From: an uncultured Acidimicrobiia bacterium
GTDB lineage: Bacteria > Actinomycetota > Acidimicrobiia > Spongiisociales > JAENVV01
Length of the DNA stretch: 64,000 nucleotides
Assembly: GCA_963847455.1 (NCBI GenBank)
Contig: CAWKAG010000034.1
Location: 126,604-190,603, forward strand
Direction: 5' to 3'
Part shown: one piece after another, positions 20,574 to 30,231 of the stretch
How the letters are laid out: every line of letters starts with the position of its first letter
Numbering within the stretch: position 1 is the stretch's first letter
Translations under genes and position numbers: made by a program
The notes under the pieces: model-generated
What the model saw: only the letters and a program-made list of their open reading frames with translations
Database searches by the model: none
What the model was told of the DNA's origin: nothing

Positions 20574-21860
20574 GTGGACAACCCTGTTGAGTTTTTTGAA
20601 GGAAATAGTTGGACTTGTGGCGTCGTCGGCCTCGGATACGTTGGTCTGCCGCTAGCTCTGACCGCCGTTTCCAGAGGCCATGCGGCGATAGGCTTCGATA
20701 CGTCAGAAGACCGGGTCCGTCGCCTCGGTGCCGCCTCATCGCCGATCGACGACGTCTCAGATGCGGATCTGGCGGCTGCGTTAGAAGCCGGCCTGTCGGT
20801 AACGGGCGATGCCGCCGATCTCAAGCTTGCCGACGCCATTTTTATCTGTGTGCCTTCGCCGCTCGGCCGGAATCGCCAACCGGACATGTCCTACATTCAA
20901 ACTGCGGCGACCACTGTGGCGAGGATCGCCCGACCCGGGCAGCTGATTTCGCTCGAATCGACCACCTATCCGGGTACCACCGATGACATCCTGGTAACCG
21001 CGCTCGCCGATGTCGGCTTGGAAGTTGATCGGGACGTCTACGTCGCCTTCTCTCCGGAACGAGTGTCGCCAGGCGACGAACTCAAAACTGCCGAGATCCC
21101 CAAGGTCGTCGGCGGAGTCAGCGCTTTGTCGACCGCGGTGGCAACGGCGGCCTACTCCAAGTTGGTGCCCAACGTGCACGCCGTTTCTGACGCCAAGACG
21201 GCGGAGATGGCCAAGCTGCTCGAAAACACCTACCGGGCTGTCAACATCGGCCTGATCAACGAGATGGCCCAGCTCGCTCACGAGATCGACATCGATATCT
21301 GGGAAGTCATCGAGGCGGCCGCGACGAAGCCATTCGGGTTTCAAGCGTTCTTTCCGGGCCCGGGAGTGGGTGGGCACTGTATCCCGCTCGACCCTCAGTT
21401 CCTGGCCTGGCGCGCCAAGGAAGCGAACTTCACCACCCGTTTCATCGATACGGCCGAGCAAGTCAACGAAGGCATGCCGGCTTGGACCGCCCGACGAGTC
21501 GGGTCGATGCTGAACAAACGTGGGTTGCCGATTTTTGGGACCCGCATCCTCGGTGTGGGGATTTCCTACAAGCCGGACATCGCCGACGATCGTGAATCGG
21601 CGTCAGCCCGGGTCCTGGTTGAGTTGAGGAATCAGGGCGCCGAAATCGAGGTGTACGATCCGCTGGTGCCACCGGACCGGATTCGTCGGCACGGGTTTGA
21701 ACCGTCCACATCCTTCGACGGCTACTCGGCCGCCTTGATCTTGACCGACCACCAGGGCATCGATTACAACGCCATCTCGGCTTCGGTGCCGGTCGTCTTT
21801 GACACCCGGAATGCCTATCGGCGGCGCGGTATCGAGGTCGACAACGTAGAAGTGCTGTGA
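20574..21860 (+). CDS. Nucleotide-sugar dehydrogenase (UDP-glucose/GDP-mannose dehydrogenase family); a UDP-ManNAc or UDP-GlcNAc 6-dehydrogenase is plausible
   Basis: The Rossmann motif VVGLGYVGLP, the catalytic region GFQAFFPGPGVGGHCIPLDP and the length (428 aa) fit the family. It lies in a WecB-containing cluster. Confidence 0.85.
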   Translation: MDNPVEFFEGNSWTCGVVGLGYVGLPLALTAVSRGHAAIGFDTSEDRVRRLGAASSPIDDVSDADLAAALEAGLSVTGDAADLKLADAIFICVPSPLGRNRQPDMSYIQTAATTVARIARPGQLISLESTTYPGTTDDILVTALADVGLEVDRDVYVAFSPERVSPGDELKTAEIPKVVGGVSALSTAVATAAYSKLVPNVHAVSDAKTAEMAKLLENTYRAVNIGLINEMAQLAHEIDIDIWEVIEAAATKPFGFQAFFPGPGVGGHCIPLDPQFLAWRAKEANFTTRFIDTAEQVNEGMPAWTARRVGSMLNKRGLPIFGTRILGVGISYKPDIADDRESASARVLVELRNQGAEIEVYDPLVPPDRIRRHGFEPSTSFDGYSAALILTDHQGIDYNAISASVPVVFDTRNAYRRRGIEVDNVEVL

Positions 21861-22913
21861 TCGCCGGGGTCTTCTCGGTGGTGCATCATGCCGACGATGC
21901 CCGAATTCGCGAAAAGCTGATCCCTACGCTGGCTACCGATTTCTCCGTCGAATATCATGCCAGAACTCCGGCTCCGGATCAGATCGAGGGCTTCACCTGG
22001 TATCCATTTCGAGGACCACGGATCATCAGGAATCTGTCGCTCCTGCGCCGGCTACTGAGTCGGAAACTTGACGTGGCTGTGCTGGTCGACCCGGAAACGT
22101 TTTTGGCCGGCATCCTGGCGAGTCGTCGCACCAGGGTCGTGTTTGATATTCACGAGAACGTTCCTGCCCAGATCGCCACGAAGAACGTTCCGTTCAAAAA
22201 GATCCTTCGCCGGGTGGCGGCTTCGATCCTGCGGGCGGCGGAACGGGCCGGGACGGTGGTTCTCGCAGAGCCGGGCTATGCCGAGCTCTTCAGCCAGTCC
22301 CACCCGGTGTTCGAGAATTTTCCCCGATGGGAAGCGATGCCGTCCATGGCGCCAAGTGATGGCTCGGTCATCTACGTCGGCGACATCACCGAGCAACGAG
22401 GGGCCCTCCATCTCGCCGAGGCAGTCGCCGGCACGGGCAAGCATCTCGTAATGGTGGGCCGTTGTTCTCCCGAGTTGGCGACCCGGATCGAATCAGTCGT
22501 GCGCAATGGCGGGGCGACGGTGGAGCTGACCGGGCGCCTGCCCTGGGCGAGCAGCGATGGTTCGCCTCGCTTCTGCTGCGGTCGCCGTTTCACCGTTGAC
22601 CGACACGCCCAATTATCGACACTCCCTGCCAACCAAGGTTCTGGAATACCTCGGTCTGGGCATTCCGGTCGTGGCGACCAATCTGCCAGGAACGACCGAG
22701 GTGCTGACCGGCCGCCCGGGAGTCACCCTGGTCGAGTCAGGCGATGTCCCAGCGCTCCGCCAGGCGATTATTGCTGCCAGCCATGCCGAGGTTCGCGAAT
22801 CGGCCCAGCGTTCGTCGAATATCGTCCGATCCGAGTTCGAGTGGCCGACGGATCGAGTGAGGAGCTTCTATTTGGCGTTGGTTGGCGACCCCGGTCTCAG
22901 TCCTGACAGGTAA
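21857..22913 (+). pseudogene. Glycosyltransferase family 4; one frame change near 22560
   Basis: The N-domain is in frame 21857-22560. The GT1 C-terminal motif (LPTKVLEYLGLGIPVVATNLPGTTEVL) is in frame 22557-22913. Confidence 0.7.
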
Positions 22914-23842
22914 CCCAGGCCCCAGCTGATATGCATAACAGCGATGGCCACCGGCATCATCAGCGCAGAGGCTTTTGGCGATTTGCCGAAAGTAACGGCC
23001 GTCGTGGTCCCGAGGGCCACCAGATAAGCGACCGGGATCACGAGTGCTGATCGCCACCAGTTGCTGAACGCAAGCCCAACGGAGATCATCAGCCCGAGCA
23101 CAAAGAGGGGCGCGACTAGTTGACGGAGACGGATGGATTCGGGATGGCGCCGGTGAACGATCCGCTTCCAGGCTCCGTATTGAAAGTACTGCTTGGCGAG
23201 ACCTCCCAGGGAAGCGCGCGGTCGGTACTCGACGGCCAGGCGGGGGTCAAAGTACACCAGACCGCCGTTCTGGCGGAGGCGGATGTTGAGTTCGTAGTCC
23301 TGGTTCCGGATCAGTGTTTCGTCGAACAGTCCGGCGTCGACCAAGGCCTGCCTGTCGAATACACCCAGATAGACGGTATCGGCCGGTCCCGCCTCACCGC
23401 CGTAATGGAACTTGGCGTCACCAACTCCGAGGCGACTGGTCATCGCCATGGCGATGGCGGTCTGTAATAGCCCCGTGCCGGTGGCCCGCTGAATCCCACC
23501 GACGTTGACCGCTCTGGTGTCGGCCATGATCTGTTCGGAGATCGCTACGTAGTCGGGGGGAAGCACCGAGTGGGCATCGCAGCGCACGACAATGTCACCG
23601 CCGGCCGCTCTGATAGCGGCGTTCAGTGCCGCCGGGGTGGTGGTGGCCGGGTTATCGACGATCCGGATTCGGTCATCGTCGAATTCTTCGATGGACCGGC
23701 GGGTCCCGTCGGTACTCATCCCGTCGGCCACAATGATTTCGGTGATATTCGGATAGGTTTGGTCCAAGACCGACGCGATGGCGTGGCGAATCGCCTCTTG
23801 TTCGTTCCGGACTGGAATGATCACCGTCACTGTGGGCTGCAT
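22868..23842 (-). CDS. Glycosyltransferase family 2 with C-terminal TM helices (polyprenyl-phosphate sugar synthase / GtrB-like)
   Basis: It has TVIIPVRNEQEAI...DQTY...IIVADGMSTDGT and a DAH motif. There are two C-terminal hydrophobic helices. The 3' end overlaps the GT4 gene by 45 nt, convergently. Confidence 0.8.
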   Translation of the reverse strand: MQPTVTVIIPVRNEQEAIRHAIASVLDQTYPNITEIIVADGMSTDGTRRSIEEFDDDRIRIVDNPATTTPAALNAAIRAAGGDIVVRCDAHSVLPPDYVAISEQIMADTRAVNVGGIQRATGTGLLQTAIAMAMTSRLGVGDAKFHYGGEAGPADTVYLGVFDRQALVDAGLFDETLIRNQDYELNIRLRQNGGLVYFDPRLAVEYRPRASLGGLAKQYFQYGAWKRIVHRRHPESIRLRQLVAPLFVLGLMISVGLAFSNWWRSALVIPVAYLVALGTTTAVTFGKSPKASALMMPVAIAVMHISWGLGYLSGLRPGSPTNAK

Positions 23843-23941
23843 CGGGCCATTATGCCTGGATCGATTGGCCGGGCACCCGTATGTCAGACTGCCTAGACCA
23901 ACCGGCCGCGGTCAAAGTCGAGATGCCTATCATTTGAAGCC

Positions 23942-24643
23942 GTGTTTGCTGACCTTGTACTAACTCCTGGCTTGATTCTGGCAATGTGGGCCGGTGGTAT
24001 GGCAGTCGGGATCGCCCTGGTGGCGAAATGGAAGATTGTTGGACCCGGCTTCTTCTGGGTGGCCGGGGCAACGGTCCTGCTCATCGGGGCGTGGACGGTT
24101 CCAAACGGAGGGGCTGGAGCCTGGCTCGGATTGATCGGCACCGTCATTGGTTCGTTGTCGGCCAGGCGACCGACCGTGGCATCCGTCGCTTTCGGTCTGG
24201 GCGGAATCGGGTTCATTTTCGAAGCAGCCAGCTACGGAAACGTGTTGTTGGCGATCTCGGGCGCGATTGCGCTCGGAGGTGTCACGGACGAAATGCTCCT
24301 CGGGCATTGGTACCTGGTCGATCCCAAGCTGCCTCGTTGGGCGCTCAAACGGCTCGACCTCGTAGCCGGGGTAGCGCTGGTGGCTGATACGGCCCTGTTG
24401 ATGCTGGCCGGGGCGACGGTCGGATCGGTGGTTGGGTGGGCGTTCATCGCTCTTGCGGCAATGAGCACCCTGCTCATGGTGGGCGTCTGGTTCTCCCTGA
24501 AGGAGCCGGCCTATGCCGGAGTTATGGCCGCGACTGGTTTGTCCTACCTGGCGGTGCTCACGGCGCTGGGTGCCACAGTGGCCGGTCGGTCGATGATCGG
24601 CGATGCAGCCAATCAGCTGGCGGCGAGTATTCTGCGCGGATGA
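23942..24643 (+). CDS. Integral membrane protein (6-7 TM), function unknown
   Basis: It is hydrophobic throughout. Its stop overlaps the next start (ATGA). Confidence 0.4.
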   Translation: MFADLVLTPGLILAMWAGGMAVGIALVAKWKIVGPGFFWVAGATVLLIGAWTVPNGGAGAWLGLIGTVIGSLSARRPTVASVAFGLGGIGFIFEAASYGNVLLAISGAIALGGVTDEMLLGHWYLVDPKLPRWALKRLDLVAGVALVADTALLMLAGATVGSVVGWAFIALAAMSTLLMVGVWFSLKEPAYAGVMAATGLSYLAVLTALGATVAGRSMIGDAANQLAASILRG

Positions 24644-25188
24644 AGGTTTATACGAGAACAGGCGACGATGGGACGACCGGCCTCTTCTACGGGGGTCGCG
24701 TGTCGAAGGCCGGACTGGGTCCGGAAGCCTATGGCACGGTCGATGAAGCGGTTTCGACGCTGGGACTGGCGAGAGCGTACGCGGTAGGCGACCTCAACGA
24801 TGAGATCTTGTCGCTGCAACGTCAGCTGTTCGTGGTGGCCGCCGAACTTGCCACCGACCCAGCGAACCGGCACAAACTTGTTCCAACGGTGAGCCTCACC
24901 ACCGAGCAAATGATCCTCGACCTGGAGGCGTCGCTCGATCGGTTGATCGCCGACGTTGGAGCGCCCGACGGTTTTATGGTCCCGGGCGAATCGCCGCTAT
25001 CGGCGCACCTTGATCTCGCAAGAGCCGTGGTCCGGCGGGCGGAGCGCCGCTGTGTGGCCTACGCCGACGCCGGGCAGCTCGAAGGATCATTTGTCGTCCC
25101 CTTTCTCAACCGACTCGCCGACTATGTGTTCATGCTCGTGCGTGCTTCAGAGACGAACTGGCAACCATCAAAACAGGAGAAAACGTGA
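24640..25188 (+). CDS. PduO-type ATP:cob(I)alamin adenosyltransferase
   Basis: MKVYTRTGDDGTTGLFYGGRVSKAGLGPEAYGTVDEAVSTLG matches the PduO/MMAB N-terminus. The protein is about 182 aa. Confidence 0.8.
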   Translation: MKVYTRTGDDGTTGLFYGGRVSKAGLGPEAYGTVDEAVSTLGLARAYAVGDLNDEILSLQRQLFVVAAELATDPANRHKLVPTVSLTTEQMILDLEASLDRLIADVGAPDGFMVPGESPLSAHLDLARAVVRRAERRCVAYADAGQLEGSFVVPFLNRLADYVFMLVRASETNWQPSKQEKT

Positions 25189-26603
25189 CGTCCACGATTG
25201 CTGCGACGAGTGAACCAGGAGCGGTTCACGCCTTCGGTGTGTACGAAGGGAGGGAGGCGTCGACAGATCCAGATATCTACGACCGTTTTGGTCCGAGCCA
25301 ACTTGCGCTCCTCGAGGCTGCCGGGTTCACCGGGAAACTCTCGCAAGTCGTGGCGGTGTCCGCTGGGGACCAACTTCTCTATCTCGTCGGACTCGGTTCT
25401 GAACTGGACACCGAGCGGCTTCGCCAGGCGGCGGGATGGCTCGGCAGGTCGGTTGACCGGGTACCGGAACTCACGACGAGCCTGCATAACGTCGGCCTCG
25501 ATGGAGCCGGCCAAGCCGTAGCCGAAGGCTTTCTGCTCGGCCAGTACCAATTCAGCGAATATCACGATTCTGACACCCCGGGTACGACCACCCTGCGACT
25601 GGTTGGAGACGTAGATCCTGGAGAGCTTGGCAAGGCCGGTGCCATGGCCGGTGCGGTCAATTGGGCTCGCGATCTTGTGAATCGGCCACCTCGCGACAAA
25701 TCTCCCCAGACGATTGTCGAAGCATTCGAAGCGCTGGCCGCCGACCTACCCATCGATATCACCGTGTGGGATGTCGACGACCTGGAGCGAGAGCGATGTG
25801 GCGGATTGCTCGGCGTCAACGCCGGGTCAACTGCACCCGCCCGGATGGTCATCGCCGAATACCACCCGGAGGGTGCGACCAAGACGTTGGCGGTCGTGGG
25901 TAAGGGGATCGTCTTCGACTCGGGCGGTCTGAATATCAAGAGCTTTGAGTTCATGAAGACCATGAAGTCGGACATGGCCGGGGCGGCGGCAACGCTGGCT
26001 GGTTTGGTGGCTATTGCCAAAACTGAGATTCAAACGCGGGTCATTGTTTATGTCCCGTTGACCGAGAACATGCCGGGTGGGGCGGCGAACCGCCCGGGCG
26101 ATGTGCTCACGGCTCGTAATGGCAAGACCATGGAAGTGCTCAATACCGATGCCGAAGGCCGATTGGTTCTGGCTGATGGGTTGTCGCTGGCAGCTGAAGG
26201 AGATCCAGATCTGATAGTCGACCTTGCCACCCTCACCGGGGCGTCGCACGTTGCCCTTGGTCACTCGTATGCCGGGCTATGGACGAATACCGAAGCTGCC
26301 GGAGAACTGGTCGAAGCGGCCGCGAGTCAGGCGGGTGAAAGGGTCTGGACGATGCCGCTCCCGGCTGACTACCGCAAGGCCATCGATTCGGACGTCGCCG
26401 ACATGAAGAACACCGGCGAGCGATATGGCGGAGCGATTCACGCGGCGCTTTTCCTTGCCGAATTTGCCGGGGACGGTCCGTGGGTTCACCTCGATATCGC
26501 GGGTCCCGCCTGGGGCCATGAGAAGGGCGGCTACCTGCCGACCGGTGGTACCGGCTTCGGAGTACGCACGCTTGTGGCGCTTGCTTCGCTCATGGTGGAT
26601 TAG
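25185..26603 (+). CDS. pepA: Leucyl aminopeptidase (M17)
   Basis: It has NTDAEGRLVLADGL and M17 metal-binding residues (VGKGIVFDSGG). It is 472 aa. Confidence 0.9.
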   Translation: MTSTIAATSEPGAVHAFGVYEGREASTDPDIYDRFGPSQLALLEAAGFTGKLSQVVAVSAGDQLLYLVGLGSELDTERLRQAAGWLGRSVDRVPELTTSLHNVGLDGAGQAVAEGFLLGQYQFSEYHDSDTPGTTTLRLVGDVDPGELGKAGAMAGAVNWARDLVNRPPRDKSPQTIVEAFEALAADLPIDITVWDVDDLERERCGGLLGVNAGSTAPARMVIAEYHPEGATKTLAVVGKGIVFDSGGLNIKSFEFMKTMKSDMAGAAATLAGLVAIAKTEIQTRVIVYVPLTENMPGGAANRPGDVLTARNGKTMEVLNTDAEGRLVLADGLSLAAEGDPDLIVDLATLTGASHVALGHSYAGLWTNTEAAGELVEAAASQAGERVWTMPLPADYRKAIDSDVADMKNTGERYGGAIHAALFLAEFAGDGPWVHLDIAGPAWGHEKGGYLPTGGTGFGVRTLVALASLMVD

Positions 26604-26640
26604 GCGCCAGGATCCCGTTTGATCGGTAGGATGTAACCCC

Positions 26641-27924
26641 ATGCGTAGGAGATTTCTTCTCTCCACGGCCGCAGCCGACCTTTCTGCGCTTCTGCTCGCC
26701 CTGGTTGCCGCTTCGTACGTGACCTTTCGGGTGCCGCCATGGCAAGTGCAGCTGAGTGGTGGGCGTTCGATCATGCCGCTCGCCGGGTTCTTCGTCGTCG
26801 GATCCCTGGTCGGCTCGCTTATTTCGGCCAGGATGTGGGCAGGTGGGGCGCCCCGCCCGAGTTACGGCCGCGGCGTCGCGATCGTCGTCTTCGGCGTGGC
26901 CTTCACCGCGCTGGCGGTGATTGGAAGCGCTACCTACCTGTCGCGGACGTTCTTTGCCGTTACGGCGGTCACATGGCTGATTGGCGGAATCGCCCAGCGA
27001 GTGGTTCGCCGTCGCCGTCCGTGGATGGAGTCGATGATCGTCATCACCAACGAAAAGGGCCTTATCGACGACTTACGAGACGCCGAACATACCGAGGTCC
27101 TGGCGCTCATGGATCCGGCGGCCTCCGGCGAGCTTGAACCTCCGGCTTCGGGTGCGACGGTGGTGGTTGACCTTCGGGCGGTCCTATCCGACCGGATGGC
27201 CCAGTATGTGTCATCGGCTGCTCTGGCTGGTATTCCGGTTAGGGCCCTGAGCTCGGTCTACGAAGAGCACACCGGACGGATGCCGTTGGTGCACCTTGCT
27301 GAGGGCTGGGAGCTGTCTACGCCAGTTACCAAAACCGCCCCGATCATGGGGGGGAAGTTCATTTTCGATGTTTTGGCTGTGATTGTTTCAGCCCCACTGG
27401 CCATACCGCTCGGACTGCTGATTGCTCTCGCGATTCGGCTTGATTCTCCCGGCCCGGTGATTTTCCGCCAGGTCCGCACCGGGCGCCACGGGGTTCCGTT
27501 CACCTTGTACAAGTTCCGAACCATGGTCGTCGATGCCGAGGCGAGCGGACCAAGGTTCGCTTCGAAAGAAGACCCGCGCCTGACCCGAGTCGGGCGCTTG
27601 CTCCGCCGGATCCGGGTCGACGAGTTGCCCCAGCTATTCAATGTGCTTAAGGGGGACTTATCGCTGGTAGGTCCGCGGCCCGAGCAGGTGCCGTTCACCG
27701 AGCACTTCGGTCGGGAGATTCCGTTCTATGAGCAGCGCCATCTCGTCCGACCGGGCGTTACCGGTTGGGCACAGGTGAATTACGGATACGCCGATGATCA
27801 AGCCGAAGCCGTCGACAAGCTCACCTACGACTTGTACTACGTGAAGCACATGTCACCGTGGCTCGATCTCCACGTCCTTGGCAGGAGCATCTGGACCGTT
27901 CTATCCGGGTTTGGCGCTCGTTGA
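26641..27924 (+). CDS. Polyprenyl glycosylphosphotransferase (WbaP/CpsE-type bacterial sugar transferase); candidate priming enzyme for the glycan cluster
   Basis: It has VIFRQVRTGRHGVPFTLYKFRTM and DELPQLFNVLKGDLSLVGPRPE. It has N-terminal TM helices. Confidence 0.85.
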   Translation: MRRRFLLSTAAADLSALLLALVAASYVTFRVPPWQVQLSGGRSIMPLAGFFVVGSLVGSLISARMWAGGAPRPSYGRGVAIVVFGVAFTALAVIGSATYLSRTFFAVTAVTWLIGGIAQRVVRRRRPWMESMIVITNEKGLIDDLRDAEHTEVLALMDPAASGELEPPASGATVVVDLRAVLSDRMAQYVSSAALAGIPVRALSSVYEEHTGRMPLVHLAEGWELSTPVTKTAPIMGGKFIFDVLAVIVSAPLAIPLGLLIALAIRLDSPGPVIFRQVRTGRHGVPFTLYKFRTMVVDAEASGPRFASKEDPRLTRVGRLLRRIRVDELPQLFNVLKGDLSLVGPRPEQVPFTEHFGREIPFYEQRHLVRPGVTGWAQVNYGYADDQAEAVDKLTYDLYYVKHMSPWLDLHVLGRSIWTVLSGFGAR

Positions 27925-27942
27925 TCCGGTAGGGCTCTCGGG

Positions 27943-29073
27943 CTATCGAACCAGGCAGCTCTCGTCGTAGTCGACGATTGTTGGAGGTGTTGACCCGCAC
28001 GATGGGCAGTTCGGGTCCTTGGCGATCCGCAGTTGGTAAGTCTCCTGGGTGAGCGCGTCGTAGGTAAGCAACCGGCCGCGCAGGGGAGTGCCGATACCGA
28101 GGATCAGTTTGATGGCCTCAGTAGCTTGAAGGCTTCCGATCACCCCTGGTAACACTCCCAGAACCCCGGCCTCCTGACAGTTCGGCGAGAGTTCCGGCGG
28201 TGGCGGATGGGGAAACAGACAGCGGTAGCACGGACCGTCATGGGGATCGAAGACTGCTACCTGTCCTTCGAAGCGGAAGATCGAGCCGTGAACGACCGGG
28301 ATACCGAGGCGTTGGGATACGTCATTGATGAGGTACCGGGTGGGGAAATTGTCGGCCCCGTCGATGATGAGGTCGAAACCTGCGAGGACTTCCAGGGCGT
28401 TTGAGGCGACGACATTGACGGCATGCGCCTGGACGGCCACGTCCGGGTTCAGGTTGGCGATGGTCCGTTCGGCGGAGTCCGACTTTGACTGGCCGATCCG
28501 ATCGGTTCCATGGAGAATCTGCCGTTGCAGGTTGGAAACATCAACTCGATCGGCGTCAAAGATGGCGAGTGTGCCAACTCCGGCCGCGGCGAGATACAGG
28601 GCGGTCGGCGAACCCAGACCTCCCGCTCCGATGATCGCCACGCGGGCATCCAGGAGCTTTTGCTGACCGGCGACTCCCACCTCCGGGAGGGCAATGTGGC
28701 GGCTATACCTCGCAGAGCTCGCAACCGACAAGGTCGGCGGTATCTCCCAGGGTTGGCCCGCGGCCTGCCAGGCGACGAAGCCACCGGCCAGGCTCTCGAC
28801 GTTTGTGAAGCCCATCTCCTGAAGGGTCACCCCTGCCAGGAGCGACCGTTCGCCTACCGCGCAAAACGCGACGATTGGTTGGTCGTGTGACAAGTGATCA
28901 ACCGAGGTCTCGAGCAACCCGCGCGGGATCTTCTCGGCGCCAGGAATACTTCCCAACGCTACTTCGTGCGGTTCGCGCACATCGATCAGGGTCCGGTTTG
29001 CCGTGACAAGCCCGGCCGGCGTGACCTCCGGGACGGTTTGCCTTGCAGCCGCAAGCATTTCGATCAGATTCAC
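27943..29073 (-). CDS. MoeB/ThiF-family adenylyltransferase with an N-terminal rhodanese domain (MoeZ-like, reversed domain order)
   Basis: The N-terminal rhodanese has LIDVREPHE and the active Cys in FCAVGERS. The ThiF Rossmann is AIIGAGGLGS. The zinc site is CYRC...NCPSC. Confidence 0.8.
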   Translation of the reverse strand: MNLIEMLAAARQTVPEVTPAGLVTANRTLIDVREPHEVALGSIPGAEKIPRGLLETSVDHLSHDQPIVAFCAVGERSLLAGVTLQEMGFTNVESLAGGFVAWQAAGQPWEIPPTLSVASSARYSRHIALPEVGVAGQQKLLDARVAIIGAGGLGSPTALYLAAAGVGTLAIFDADRVDVSNLQRQILHGTDRIGQSKSDSAERTIANLNPDVAVQAHAVNVVASNALEVLAGFDLIIDGADNFPTRYLINDVSQRLGIPVVHGSIFRFEGQVAVFDPHDGPCYRCLFPHPPPPELSPNCQEAGVLGVLPGVIGSLQATEAIKLILGIGTPLRGRLLTYDALTQETYQLRIAKDPNCPSCGSTPPTIVDYDESCLVR

Positions 29074-29168
29074 AACTCCATGCTAGGCAAGCATCGAAGG
29101 CTCCGCTGATTGACGGTTCGCTCCACGGCGAGAGCAGGCATAGAACGTGGGGCATCTAGAGTTGCCAT

Positions 29169-29609
29169 ATGGTTGTCCCTGGTCTCACACCCTCAATCGA
29201 GTTTGCGCTACTTGCTGACGCTGTACAGGCAGTGGGCGGCAAGCTTTTTGTCCTGGGCGGCGGTTGGGACACGATTTGGGTGAGATCCTTCCCGGCTCGG
29301 CACCACACCATGGCCATCGGCACCAGAATCAGGATCCCATGGTCGTCGGAGACGCAGACGTTCGAACTAACCGTCCAGTTGGTCGACGAAGACGGCCAAC
29401 CGATCTTTGACACGATTCGTCACTCGCTAACCGTTGCTCCGCCGAAGGGCGTTCCTGACGGGTTCGAGCACGGAGTGGTCCGAGCTTTCACCTTCAACAA
29501 CGTCCCCTTTCAAAAACCCGGGGAGTACTCCTTCGTGATGACGGTTGACGAAGTGGAAACCGGGCGCCTACGGTTCTCGGTGCGGGAGCGTCGCCAGGAG
29601 ACAACCTGA
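29169..29609 (+). CDS. Hypothetical protein
   Basis: It is a 146-aa ORF with good coding character and no recognisable motif. Confidence 0.3.
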   Translation: MVVPGLTPSIEFALLADAVQAVGGKLFVLGGGWDTIWVRSFPARHHTMAIGTRIRIPWSSETQTFELTVQLVDEDGQPIFDTIRHSLTVAPPKGVPDGFEHGVVRAFTFNNVPFQKPGEYSFVMTVDEVETGRLRFSVRERRQETT

Positions 29610-30225
29610 TGGAATCGATGAGGATGTTCCCGCTTGGGAGTCCCCTCATCCCGTTTTCAATGGTCACGTTGAGGATATTCGAACCTCGATATCTGCAGAT
29701 GATCGGCGAATGCGTGGAACAAGCGGCGCCGTTCGGAGTAGTGCTCATCGAACGGGGATTCGAAGTCGGTGGCGGTGACCAGCGCTCTGTGATAGGTACT
29801 GTCGCTCAGCTCGTGGATGTTTCGGACCTTCCGGATGGAGAACTGGCAGTCGTCGCCGTTGGCGTCGAACGGATCCGGGTCCTTGAGTGGCTGCCGGACG
29901 ATCCGTACCCGATCGCGCCGGTAGAACGGTTGGGCGAAGATCGCCTCGCCGACCGCCGGCGGCCCGCGTCGATCAGATCGACAACCAGCTTCGCCTGGTT
30001 CTGGCGTTGGTGTCGGAAGCGGGCATCGACGTCGGCCCTCTCGAATACGAGTTATCCACCCAACCGGAGGTAGCCGCCCATCAGCTGTGTGCGATGGCGC
30101 CGGTAGGCGCGTACGATGCTCAACGGCTGCTGGGGGCGCCGTCGGTCGATGAGCGCCTGGAACTGCTGTCGGCCATACTCGAAGAAGAAACCGACTTCCT
30201 TCGATCGCAGTTGGGCGGGAGCTGA
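29609..30225 (+). pseudogene. LON N-terminal (substrate-binding) domain protein; one frame change around 29930-30070
   Basis: FPLGSPLIPFSMVTLRIFEPRYLQMIGEC is in the first frame. The C-terminal helical part (ERLELLSAILEEETDFL) is in the overlapping second frame. Confidence 0.55.
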
Positions 30226-30231
30226 CCCGCT

